NCBI GenBank assembly: GCA_964016885.1
Contig: OZ024766.1
Span: forward strand, 9,362,001-9,426,000
Length of the DNA: 64,000 bases
Direction of reading: 5' to 3'
From: Eledone cirrhosa
Lineage: Eukaryota
Below the pieces are notes generated by a model. That model saw only the letters and a program-made list of their open reading frames with translations, was not told the origin of the DNA and searched no databases. Below are positions 28,143 through 40,400 of this stretch, piece by piece. Numbering within the stretch: position 1 is the first letter of the stretch; each line of letters opens with the position of its first letter. The translations under genes were made by a program, and so were the position numbers.

Positions 28143-28647
28143 GTAGACATATATATATACATAGGTAGAAATAGAAAGATTTGAATGGATGCAGTTTAGT
28201 TGAAAGGAATTTATTGACACGTGTTTCTATAACAGTTACATAACCTGAAAACAGCTGCTATCTACAAAGTATTAGTTATGCAGACATTCAATGTGTGTAT
28301 ATATCTCTGTGTGTGTGTATAAATATGAAAATAAGGGAAAAACTAAGGAAGCAAAGGTGCTTCAATTTATAAGATTAAAACAGAGAAAAACATTGCTATA
28401 TAAATTTACTTGCAGGAAAAAACAATTGAGTGAAAACTAATTTTTGCTTTTCTTCTTTAAAAAAAACCTATTTTTTGAAGGGAGAGAAAAAAATGATATA
28501 ATCCTCCTTGCTAGAAATATATGTTTTATATTTCTGAGACAATTATTATAGTAAATAGAATTTAATCGTCTTTTATGTTAATATTAAAATTGTTTTCAAC
28601 ATTATATTTTCCAATTATATTCAGATGGTGTACATATATATATATAT

Positions 28648-29043
28648 ATCATCATCATCATCACCATCATTTCATTTTACGTCCACTTTTCCCTGCTTGC
28701 AAGGGTGGGACGGGAACTGGTTCTGGCTTGATTTCTACAGCTGGATGCCCTTCCTAACACCAACCTCATTTACAGTGAGGGCTGGGTGCTTTTTTTCCGT
28801 GGCACCTCCACGACCACTTTACAGTGAGTGCTGGGTGCTTTTTTGCCGTGGCGCCTCCACGACCACTTTACAGTGGAATGATAGGGACCCCAGTCCCTAT
28901 CATTCCACCTATCATTTCTACAGCTGAGTAAACTGGAGCAATGTGAAGTAAAGCCTCTTGCTCAAGGAAACAACACATCACCCGGTCTGAGAATTGAACT
29001 CACAACCTTTCGATTGCAAGGCCAATGCTCTAACCACTAAGCC

Positions 29044-29045
<2 letters not shown>
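28648..29045 (-). mobile_element. Near full-length composite SINE: tRNA head + CORE-like domain + cephalopod SINE body + RTE-derived tail
   Basis: Head ggcttagtggttagagc...gagttcaattc; body ggtgttaggaagggcatccagctgtagaaa; tail nearly identical to the RTE 3' end at 26791-26851. Confidence 0.85.
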
Positions 29046-29118
<73 letters not shown>

Positions 29119-29119
29119 C

Positions 29120-29650
29120 GTCTAATGACTGAAATGCAGTGCCCCAGCATGGCCAGTCTAATGACTGTAATGTGGTGCCCCAGTATGGCCACAGTCTAAT
29201 GACTGTAATGTGGTGCCCCAGTATGGCCAGTCTAATGACTGTAATGTGGTGCCCCAGCATGGCCACAGTCTAATGACTGTAATGTGGTGCCCCAGTATGG
29301 CCACAGTCTAATGACTGTAATGTGGTGCCCCAGTATGGCCACAGTCTAGTGACTGAAATGTGGTGCCCCAGTATGGCCACAGTCTAATGACTGTAATGTG
29401 GTGCCCCAGTATGGCCACAGTCTAGTGACTGTAATGTGGTGCCCCAGCATGGCCACAGTCTAATGACTGTAATGTGGTGCCCCAGTATGGCCACAGTCTA
29501 ATGACTGTAATGTGGTGCCCCAGTATGGCCACAGTCTAATGACTGTAATGTGGTGCCCCAGTATGGCCACAGTCTAATGACTGTAATGTGGTGCCCCAGT
29601 ATGGCCAGTCTAATGACTGTAATGTGGTGCCCCAGCATGGCCACAGTCTA
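29120..29650. repeat. 38-bp minisatellite (~14 units)
   Basis: Unit acagtctaatgactgtaatgtggtgccccagtatggcc. Confidence 0.92.
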
Positions 29651-29804
29651 CAGTAAGAGAATGAAAGAAGGAAGTAATTAGAGATTACATTAACGAGGTG
29701 ATACAGCATAATTAATTAATCGTGGCAGGGTGTGGTGACAAAATATCTAATCAACCATATCAGTGTGAATAGATTAAAATGTAGCCTGATATGATAGTAG
29801 CTGT

Positions 29805-31038
29805 TACTGACATACCACTGACATACCATTGATATACTACTGATATACCACTGATATACCACTGACACTACCATTGACATACTACCATTGGCATACCATA
29901 GACATACCACTGACACTACCACTGACATACTACCATTGGCATACCATAGACAGACCACTGACATACTACCATTGGCATACCATAGACATACCACTGACAT
30001 ACCACTGACACTACCACTGACACTACCACTGACATACTACCATTGGCATACCACTGACATACCACTGACATACTACCATTGGCATACTACCATTGGCATA
30101 CCACTGACATACCACTGACATACTACCATTGGCATACCATAGACATACCACTGACATACTACCATTGGCATACCATAGACATACCACTGACATACCACTG
30201 ACACTACCACTGACACTACCACTGACATACTACCATTGGCATACCACTGACATACCACTGACATACTACCATTGGCATACTACCATTGGCATACCACTGA
30301 CATACTACCATTGGCATACCACTGACATACTACCATTGGCATACCATAGACATACCACTGACATACCACTGACATACCACTGACACTACCACTGACATAC
30401 TACCACTGACATACCACTGACATACTACCATTGGCATACTACCATTGGCATACCACTGATATACCACTGACATACCACTGACACTACTACTGACATACTA
30501 CCATTGATACTACTACTGACATACTACCATTGACACTACCACTGACATACTACCATTGACACTACTACTGACATACTACCATTGATACTACCACTGACAT
30601 ACCATTGACACTACTACTGACATACCACTGACATACTACCATTGATACCACCACTGACATACTACCATTAACACTACTACTGACATACCACTGACATACT
30701 ACCATTGACACTACCACTACTGACATACCACTGACACTACTACTGACATACCACTGACATACTACCATTGACACTACCACTACTGACATACTACCATTGA
30801 CACTACTACTGACATACCACTGACATACCACTGACACTACCACTGATATACTACTGACACTACCACTGATATACTACTGACACTACCACTGATATACTAC
30901 TGACACTACCACTGACATACTACCATTGACACTACTACTCACATACCACTGACACTACCATTCACATACTACCATTGACAAACCACTGACATACCATTGA
31001 CACTACTACCACTGACACTACCACTGACATACTACCAC
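29805..31038. repeat. Complex 11-14-bp minisatellite (actgacatacc / attggcatacc)
   Basis: Direct inspection. Confidence 0.9.
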
Positions 31039-31051
31039 TTTATAGTTTATA

Positions 31052-31330
31052 CACCCAGTCCACACTGTAATGTGGCCAAGTAGAAAACACGATAAAAACC
31101 TCCCAGTCCACACTGTAAAGTGGTTGTGTAGGTGTCACAACAAAAAGCCCCCAGTCCACACTGTAAATGTGGTTGGTGTTAGGAAGGGCATCCAACCGTA
31201 GAAAACGTGCCAGATAGTCCTATACGAGCGAGACATGGTCACCCGACCAATCTTGCCTCAAGTGGAACAACTCCCGTCTAACCCATGCTAGCGTGGAAGA
31301 TGGACATTAAACGATGATGATGATGATGGT
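31052..31330 (+). mobile_element. SINE 3' part with ~2 copies of the 48-bp module and (GAT)n tail
   Basis: Matches 49080-49275 closely. Confidence 0.75.
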
Positions 31331-31367
31331 ATATTAGAACGGTGTTTGATAGATAACTTAACAAAAG

Positions 31368-31713
31368 ATCATCATTTCATTTTACGTCCGCTTTTTCCCT
31401 GCTTGCAAGGATGGGGCGGGAACTGATTCTGGCATGATTTCTACAGCCGGATGCCCTTCCTAACACCAACCTCATTTACAGTGAGTGCTGGGTGCCTTAT
31501 TTTTTTTTTTTGCCGTGGCACCTCCACGACCACTTTGCAGTGGAATGATAGGGACCCCAGTCCCTATCATCTCATTTCTACAGCTGAGTAAACTGGAGCA
31601 ATGTGAAATAAAGTGTCTTGCTCAAGGACACAACACATCACCCGGTCTGAGAATTGAACTCACAACCTTTCGATTGCAAGGCCAACGCTCTAACCACTAA
31701 GCCATGTGCCTCC
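31368..31713 (-). mobile_element. Full-length composite SINE (same family as 28648-29045)
   Basis: High identity to 28648-29045, with one fewer internal module. Confidence 0.85.
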
Positions 31714-31781
31714 ATTGATAAAAATACATTTGTATGGAACGTAAATTAACACAGGTTCTCACATAAAATTTACATACTCAC

Positions 31782-33208
31782 CTAGAATGGCAGTTTGTTT
31801 TTCTTTGGTGTCCGGGGAGAGAAGCGCAGTGGTTCCAACGAAGGGCTTTTCAGTGGCAAACAAGACAAAGGCGTTAGCGGATGCAACAACAGGCTCGCAG
31901 AAAGCCACACAACGTCCCTGGTTGACAGGGGTTGGTTTGCTCTTGAAATTCTTAATGCTTGAAATGAGGCAGCTGGCCGTAGAGGTGAGGCTTTTCACGC
32001 AGTGCTTGAACTGGTCCTGATTGGATCGGTCGGTCGTGTGTTCGCTGGCGTGACGGCAAATGTTGGTCATGACAGAGAGGTTCTTTGAAAGGGCGCTGCA
32101 CACCTGAACGAGCACCTGAGGGCTGAGCTCGGCCGTGTTCGACTTGGCGACGCGTCCGCACGCCAGCCGAACCTCCAGGCAGGCGCGGCTCGCCTCGTAC
32201 CTGTCGACGAGACCCGGGATCGCAGGCGTGGTGTCAGATCGGCTCAGAGACACCAGGTAAGCGGCATGGCCTGAGTTCTCTGTCAACTCTGTGACAATAT
32301 CAACAAGAGACCTCACCTGATTTGGTACCTCCGCCCACCTGCCTTTCGTCGCCGATTCGGACAGGAGGTCGCCGGCGCCGCGAACTCCACCACCACCACC
32401 ACCACAACAGCAACCCGTTGATGGATTACTGCGAATGTCTTTGTCATTAGAAGCAATATTATTATTATCATTATAATTATTATCATTATTGTTGTTGTTG
32501 TTGTTGTTGTTGGTGGTGTTGGTGGTGGTGGTGGGGGTGGGGGTGGTGGCGGTGGTGGGGCCACAGGTGCCCCTGCAGGGCGGGGGAGGCGGCGGCGGCG
32601 GCGGCGTGGGGGATGCGCAGATCAGGGACGAGGTGAGGCTCTTCAGGAGGAGCAGCAGCGACTGCGTCTTCAGCAGCACGCTGTCACGGTAACGGCAGAA
32701 GCTGGCGGCGGTCGCCGCGGAGACGACGCCGGCCGCCGCGCTGACGGCGCTCGACAGCTCCGCGTGCAACGAGCGGCAGCGCTGCTGCGACGACCAGTGC
32801 TGCAGCTGGGTCTGGAGCTGTGACTGCGGCGAGGAGGGGGCTGTAGCGGCGGCGGTGGTGACGGTGGTGGCGGCGGGGACTGAAGAGAGGGCGGGGAGCG
32901 TCGACAGAGCAGGGGTTGGGGCGGGGCAGTGTTCGAGGAGCTTGCCGGTGTCCGAGGGGTGGTGTTGGAGGCTGTGGTGGTGGTGGTGGTGGTTGTTGTG
33001 GTGGTGGTGGTAGTGGTGGTGGTGCAGAGGCTGCTGCTGCTGCTGCTGCTGTTGTTGTTGTTGTTGTTGGTTTCTGTCCACACCCACCCCGCCACCACCA
33101 CCCCATTCCCCCCCACCGCCCTCTACACCGGTCACACAACCCACCCCACCGCCAACACCAACACCAACATCATTGATGCTTTTGTTGTTGCTGCCATTGT
33201 TGTTTTTG

Positions 33209-33251
<43 letters not shown>

Positions 33252-33459
33252 TGTTGCTGTTGTTGTTGTTGTTGTTGCTGCTGTCCTTGAAAACGGGCCT
33301 CGCGTCACACGACAAGAGCAACAGGTCTGCGACCCCTTGCATCTTCATCTGGGCAAGTTCGCAGGCCAGGACCACAGATCGGCCAACCTTGTCCACAGCT
33401 GTCATGTCTTTGCTAGGGCAGAGATGGTCACCGTCTCCCACTTTACGCTCCACTAACAT
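31782..33459 (-). CDS. TLNRD1: Talin rod domain-containing protein 1 (MESDC1), main coding exon; start at 33459 or more likely 33405
   Basis: KMQGVADLLLLSCDARPV, FCRYRDSVLLKTQSL, LTENSGHAAYLV, PAIPGLVDRYEASRA, QFKHCVKSLTSTASCL and FATEKPFVG match TLNRD1; donor CTAG|GTGAGT at 31781. Confidence 0.92.
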
Positions 33460-33567
33460 TTGAAATGGAAGGACAAACCTTTAACGAGTCAAGCAATTAG
33501 TTAATTAATTTCTTAACATTCTGTATCCACTTCGCAGAAAACATCCCAAAACAGGCTTTGGTAGTTC

Positions 33568-34250
33568 AAATGTTTATAGTATCTTCATAGTGTTGTTTTG
33601 TACTAAATGTTTATAGTATCTTTACTGGTGGACAGATTGTTGTGAACATTTACAGTATTACAGTAAAGACTTTAATATTTAATGTGATGTAGTCATAGTG
33701 TTGTTTTGTACTAAATGTTTATAGTATCTTTACTGGTGGACAGATTGTTGTGAACATTTACAGTATTACAGTAAAGACTTTAATATATAATGTGATGTAG
33801 TCATAGTGTTGTTTTGTACTAAATGTTTATAGTATCTTTACTGGTGGACAGATTGTTGTGAACATTTACAGTATTACAGTAAAGACTTTAATATTTAATG
33901 TGATGTAGTCATAGTGTTGTGTTGTACTAAATGTTTATAGTATCTTTACTGGTGGACAGATTGTTGTGAATATTTACAGTATTACAGTAAAGACTTTAAT
34001 ATTTAATGTGATGTAGTCATAGTGTTGTTTTGTACTAAATGTTTATAGTATCTTTACTAGTGGACAGATTGTTGTGAAAATTTCCTGTATTACAGTAAAG
34101 ACTTTAATATTTAATGTGATGTAGTCATAGTGTTGTTTTGTACTAAATGTTTATAGTATCTTTACTGGTGGACAGATTGTTGTGAGAGTTTGTAGTATTA
34201 AAGTAAAGACTTTAATATTTAATGTGATGTAGTCATAGTGTTTTGTACTT
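33568..34250. repeat. 108-bp satellite (~6 units), same family and orientation as 18948-20530
   Basis: Identical consensus unit. Confidence 0.95.
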
Positions 34251-35096
34251 TTCAAGATAGTCTTCCTGATGTGGTTTCTTAAGTTAAATGTTTATAGCAT
34301 CAGAACAAGAATGGAAGACCGATGGAAAAACAACAAGGCTCTCTCACAATCTTGTCTATATTTTCCACAAATATATCTTCATTTTCCCACAGTGTCCGGA
34401 GCCAATTGACACCTCTCACTCACAGTATTCTGCCGGTTTCTGAACACCAGTCGAAGACTGTTTCTTTTCAGGTTCAGCTCCTTTGATATGAAATAGAACA
34501 AAAAATAAAAAAAGAAATTAGATGATAAAATTAAAGAGTTGTGTTTATGTACCATTTATAAGCCTCTTTCACTGATACATACATACATGATGGCTGAAAA
34601 CTCTGCTAAGTCTATTACAATCGCTTGTCAGATTATAGAGTTTGGTGCACTTTTAGGCTATGGCCAGCCACACAAACCTGTAACATATCCTGAACAAGCA
34701 ATGGCTGAGCTTTGAAAGGTTTTTTTAAAGTGGGGAAAGGCCCTGCACTCGACCAATCCCACTCTCTGAGCATTGAAAACACTACCCGGAAAGGAGAACT
34801 GGTCAACATCATCGGATGCTTCCGAAGCCACAGCTTTTTTATTTTCAGTGTTTCCCTCTCTTAGAAAGGTGTTGTGACAATAACTGGGGGCCTTTCACTC
34901 CCAGGTGGGGGGTAAAAAAAAAAACTATTTGGATGGCCGTTGACTCTGCTGAGTGCCTCCACCCTTTGCCTGGTTTTGTATTTCATCCCACAGGGTGTCC
35001 ACATATCACCCTCCTCACCAATGAGACAGGTTACATGGTTAAACTGTTACATGGGTTACATGTGTCAGGTCGCTCTCGAGGGCTACTGGTGACATA

Positions 35097-36790
35097 CATA
35101 CATACATAAGACAGTGGGGCGTGATTTGAGGGAGATTTAGCTGCTATTTTTAGCATTGCCTATGTACCATGACTAGGTCTCCCTCTCATTTATACATACA
35201 TAAGACAGTGGGGTGTGATTTGAGGGAGATTTAGCTGCTATTTTTAGCAGTGCCTATGTACCATGAATAGGTCTCCCTCTCATTTATGCATACATAAGAC
35301 AGTGGGGCGTGATTTGAGGGAGATTTAGCTGCTATTTTTAGCAGTGCCTATGTACCATGAATAGGTCTCCCTCTCATTTATACATACATAAGACAGTGGG
35401 GCGTGATTTGAGGGAGATTTAGCTGCTATTTTTAGCATTGCCTATGTACCATGAATAGGTCTCCCTCTCATTTATGCATACATAAGACAGTGGGGTGTGA
35501 TTTGAGGGAGATTTAGCTGCTATTTTTAGCAGTGTCTATGTACCATGATTAGGTCTCCCTCTTATTTATACATACATAAGACAGTGGGGTGTGATTTGAG
35601 GGAGATTTAGCTGCTATTTTTAGCAATGTCTATGTACCATGAATAGGTCTCCCTCTTATTTATACATACATAAGACAGTGGGGTGTGATTTGAGGGAGAT
35701 TTAGCTGCTATTTTTAGCAATGCCTATGTACCATGATTAGGTCTCCCTCTCATTTATACATACATAAGACAGTGGGGTGTGATTTGAGGGAGATTTAGCT
35801 GCTATTTTTAGCAGTGTCTATGTACCATGAATAGGTCTCCCTCTCATTTATACATACATAAGACAGTGGGGTGTGATTTGAGGGAGATTTAGCTGCTATT
35901 TTTAGCAGTGTCTATGTACCATGAATAGGTCTCCCTCTCATTTATACATACATAAGACAGTGGGGTGTGATTTGAGGAAGATTTAGCTGCTATTTTTAGC
36001 AGTGTCTATGTACCATGAATAGGTCTCCCTCTCATTTATACATACATAAGACAGTGGGGTGTGATTTGAGGGAGATTTAGCTGCTATTTTTAGCAGTGTC
36101 TATGTACCATGAATAGGTCTCCCTCTCATTTATACATACATAAGACAGTGGGTGTGATTTGAGGGAGATTTAGCTGCTATTTTTAGCAGTGTCTATGTAC
36201 CATGAATAGGTCTCCCTCTCATTTATACATACATAAGACAGTGGGGTGTGATTTGAGGGAGATTTAGCTGCTATTTTTAGCAGTGTCTATGTACCATGAA
36301 TAGGTCTCCCTCTCATTTATACATACATAAGACAGTGGGGTGTGATTTGAAGGAGATTTAGCTGCTATTTTTAGCAGTGTCTATGTACCATGAATAGGTC
36401 TCCCTCTCATTTATACATACATAAGACAGTGGGGTGTGATTTGAGGGAGATTTAGCTGCTATTTTTAGCAGTGTCTATGTACCATGAATAGGTCTCCCTC
36501 TCATTTATACATACATAAGACAGTGGGGTGTGATTTGAGGGAGATTTAGCTGCTATTTTTAGCAGTGTCTATGTACCATGAATAGGTCTCCCTCTCATTT
36601 ATACATACATAAGACAGTGGGGTGTGATTTGAGGGAGATTTAGCTGCTATTTTTAGCAATGTCTATGTACCATGACTAGGTCTCCCTCTCATTTATACAT
36701 ACATAAGACAGTGGGGTGTGATTTGAGGGAGATTTAGCTGCTATTTTTAGCAATGTCTATGTACGAGGAATAGGTCTCCAACATTTATTA
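35097..36790. repeat. 94-bp satellite (~18 units)
   Basis: gacagtgggg recurs with period 94; diverged single monomer at ~37425-37500. Confidence 0.95.
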
Positions 36791-36809
36791 ATACATACAT
36801 ACATACATG

Positions 36810-37400
36810 GTGGCTGCCAACTCGTTTTCGAGTATGGCCACTACTTTATAGCCATGTAGGAGAACCCCTACCGATGCGCTGAACGAGTGTGACTTTTTAG
36901 TCCAGCCAGTGACTTGAGAACTCTGGTACAAACACTACACTTGTGACAATTATTGACACATAGTGCTGGGCCCATGGTACCATCTGACGACAAGTGCAGA
37001 GAGATCTCCAGATATAAAGCAATGCCTGTGCCGTGAAGCTTTTATAGTGTGCAAAGGCACTGCACAAAGCCAGTCCCACTCTCTTAACCAAGATGATATT
37101 TACCAAAAAGAAGAACAAGTCAACATCATTGGATACCATCAGGGTTGCAGGTGTTATATCAGAGTTTTCCTTCTCCTAGAATTCTGCCTTGACAAAGGCT
37201 AAGGGGTCATCTCTCCTGGTGATTTTGGATGGCCATTGACTCTTAAGAACTCCTTTGACCTTTGACAGGTTTTGTTTTTAGTCCTGCAGGATGTCCAAAG
37301 TCACCCTCCTCACCAAGAAACCTTGGTGGGGTTGCCAGTTTAGTTGCCAACGACCCGACCATAAGACAGGTTACCAGTAGCACCAACTGGTGACCTGTCA
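36810..37400 (-). mobile_element. Degenerate LINE-like fragment(s)
   Basis: Non-repetitive sequence between (TACA)n tracts with partial similarity to 34590-35095; no intact ORF. Confidence 0.3.
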
Positions 37401-37663
37401 TAGCATACATACATACATACATACATACATGCAGAAGACAGTAAGATCTGAATGGAGGAAAATTTGGCTGCTATTTCTAGCAAACAGGACGACCTGGTAG
37501 GGGTTAGCCAGTTGTTGTTGGTGATGGTGGGGGCGTGACTTCTTGTAGGTCAGAAATTATATATAAACGCACACGTATATATACACACACATATATATAT
37601 ACACACATATATACATATACATTTATATATATATATATATATATATACATATACATTTATATA

Positions 37664-37705
<42 letters not shown>

Positions 37706-37830
37706 CACATACATGCACAATAATTTACATACCGTTAGAATTACGGAACACTCCCTATATCAGCTGTCAATTGGACATCACAACACAGTATATACACACA
37801 TATAGACGTATATACACACACACATATATA

Positions 37831-37897
<67 letters not shown>

Positions 37898-38109
37898 TAT
37901 ATTTATATATACATATATATATATATATAAACACAAACACGCACATTCAAACGTTTACTTATACATGCGTAGAAATGGATGTTAGACCATGATTATATTA
38001 TACATACATGATCATCATCATCATCGTTTAACGTCTATCTTCCACGCTAGCATGTGTTTAGATATATATATATATATGTGTGTATATGTATGTATGTATA
38101 TTTATATGT

Positions 38110-38520
38110 GTGAGAGAGAGACAGAGACAAAGGGAGAGCGACGGGGAGACAGGGAGAGAGAGAGAGTCAGACAGGCAGACAGAGAGGAGGAGAGGCACAG
38201 AGAGGGAGACAGACAGGCAGAGAGAGAGAGAGTCAGAAAGAGAGACAGACAGGCAGAGAGAGAGAGAGAGAGAGAGACAGATAGACAGAGAGAGAGAGAG
38301 AAGCAGACAGATAAACAGAGAGAGACAGATAGACAGGCAGAGAGAGAGAGAGAGAGATAGACAGGCACAGACAGAGAGAGAGAGACAGATAGACAGGCAC
38401 AGAGAGAGAGAGACAGATAGACAGGCACAGAGAGAGAGAGAGAGAGACAGATAGACAGGCACAGAGAGAGAGAGAGAGAGACAGATAGACAGGCACAGAG
38501 AGAGAGGGAGAGAGAGAGAG
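38110..38520. repeat. (GA)n/(GACA)n compound microsatellite
   Basis: Direct inspection. Confidence 0.95.
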
Positions 38521-38734
38521 TGTGAAACGACTAACCTCACTATATGTGTTGTGTTCGTTATTCCAGCAAAACCCAACACAACCGTGACTAAGCATACCTA
38601 TATATGGCCATGGTAGACGTTCCAGATGTGACAACCCTGGCTGGGTGGGCACGGCTGGACTGTCTGTCTGTTATATTACCTTCCTCCGAGATCTAGCTGC
38701 TCTTTCTAGCGAAAGCCAAGCCGTCAGCTGGCTT

Positions 38735-40400
38735 GATGGTGGCGGTGTAGTGTGTTGTTGTGAGGTGGTGGTGGTGGTGGTGTGGTGTGTTGTTGTGAGG
38801 TGGTGGTGGTGGTGGTGGTGTGGTGGTGGTATGTTGTGAGGTGGTGGTGTGGTGGTGGTGTAGTGTGTTGTTGTGAGGTGGTGGTGTGGTGGTGGTGGTG
38901 TGGTGGTGGTGGTGGTATGTTGTGAGGTGGTGGTGTGGTGGTGGTGTGGTGTGTTGTGAGGTGGTGGTGTGGTGGTGGTGGTGTGGTGGTGGTGGTGGTG
39001 GTATGTTGTGAGGTGGTGGTGTGGTGGTGGTGTGGTGTGTTGTTGTGAGGTGGTGGTGTGGTGGTGGTGTAGTGTGTTGTTGTGAGGTGGTGGTGGTGGT
39101 GGTGTGGTGGTGGTATGTTGTGAGGTGGTGGTGTGGTGGTGGTGTGGTGTGTTGTTGTGAGGTGGTGGTGTGGTGGTGGTGTGGTGTGTTGTTGTGAGGT
39201 GGTGGTGTGGTGGTGGTGTGGTGTGTTGTTGTGAGGTGGTGGTGTGGTGATGTAGTAGTGGTGGTGTGTTGTTGTGAGGTGGTGGTGGTGATGTAGTGGT
39301 GGTGGTGCGTTGTTGTGAGGTGGTGGTGGTGATGTAGTGGTGGCGGTGTATTGTTGTGAGGTGGTGGTGATGTAGTGGTGGTGGTGTGTTGTTGTGAGGT
39401 GGTGGTATGTTGTTGTGAGGTGGTGGTGTGTTGTTGTGAGGTGGTGAGGTGGTGGTGTGTTGTGGTGGTAGTGGTGTGTGGTGGTGGTGGTGTGGTCGTG
39501 TCTTGTGGTGATGGTGGTGTTGTGTTATTGTTGTGGTGGTGGTGGTGAGGTGATGATGGTGTGTAGAGGTGGTGGTGGTGTGTTGTGAGCTTATGTTATT
39601 TAATGATGTAATATGGTGTGGTGTTGTTGACGTTGTTGTTGTTAGTGTTGGTGTTGTTGGTGGTGTGTTGTTGGTGTTGGTGGTGGTGTGTTGTTGGTGG
39701 TGGTGGAGTTGTTGACGTTGTTGTTGTTGGTGGTGGTGTTGTATGGTGTTGTTGTTGATGGTAGTGGTGGTGGTGTTGGTGTTGGTGGTGGTGGTGGTGT
39801 GTTGTTGGTGGTGGTGGTGTTGTTGTTGGTGGTGGTGGTGTTGTTGGTGGTGGTGGTGGTGTGTTGTTGTTGATGGTAGTGGTGGTGGTGTTGGTGTTGG
39901 TGTTGGTGGTGGTGGTGGTGTGTTGTTGGTGGTGGTGGTGTTGTTGTTGGTGGTGGTGGTGTTGTTGGTGGTGGTGGTGGTGTGGTGTTGTTGATGGTAG
40001 TGGTGGTGGTGTTGGTGGTGGTGGTGGTGGTGTGTTGTTGTTATTGGCGGTGGTGGTGTTGTTGTTGGTGGTGGTGTTGTTGTTGTTGGTGGTGGTGGTG
40101 TTGTTGTTGGTGGTGGTGGTGTTGTTGTTGGTGGTGGTGGTGTTGTTGTTGGTGGTGGTGGTGTGGTGTTGTTGATGGTAGTGGTGGTGTTGTTGGTGTG
40201 GTGGTGTTGTTGGTGTGGTGTTGTTGTTGGTGGTGGTGGTGTTGTATGGTGTTGTTGGTGGTGGTGTTGTATGGTGTTGTTGGTGGTGGTGTTGTATGGT
40301 GATGGTGGTGGTGTGTTGTTGGTGGTGGTGGTGTGGTGTGGCATGGTGTTGTTGTTATTGGTGGTGGTGTTGTTGTTGATAGTGGTGTGTTGTTGATGAT
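38735..40400. repeat. (GGT/TGT)n low-complexity tract
   Basis: Direct inspection. Confidence 0.9.

Noticed and set aside
31640-31713. tRNA-like sequences (also 24908, 28975, 47415)
   Set aside because: They are SINE heads continuing into the CORE-like domain; no complete cloverleaf.
34424-34480. Possible small 5' UTR exon of TLNRD1 (AG...GTGAGT on minus strand)
   Set aside because: Splice signals alone are too weak without transcript evidence.
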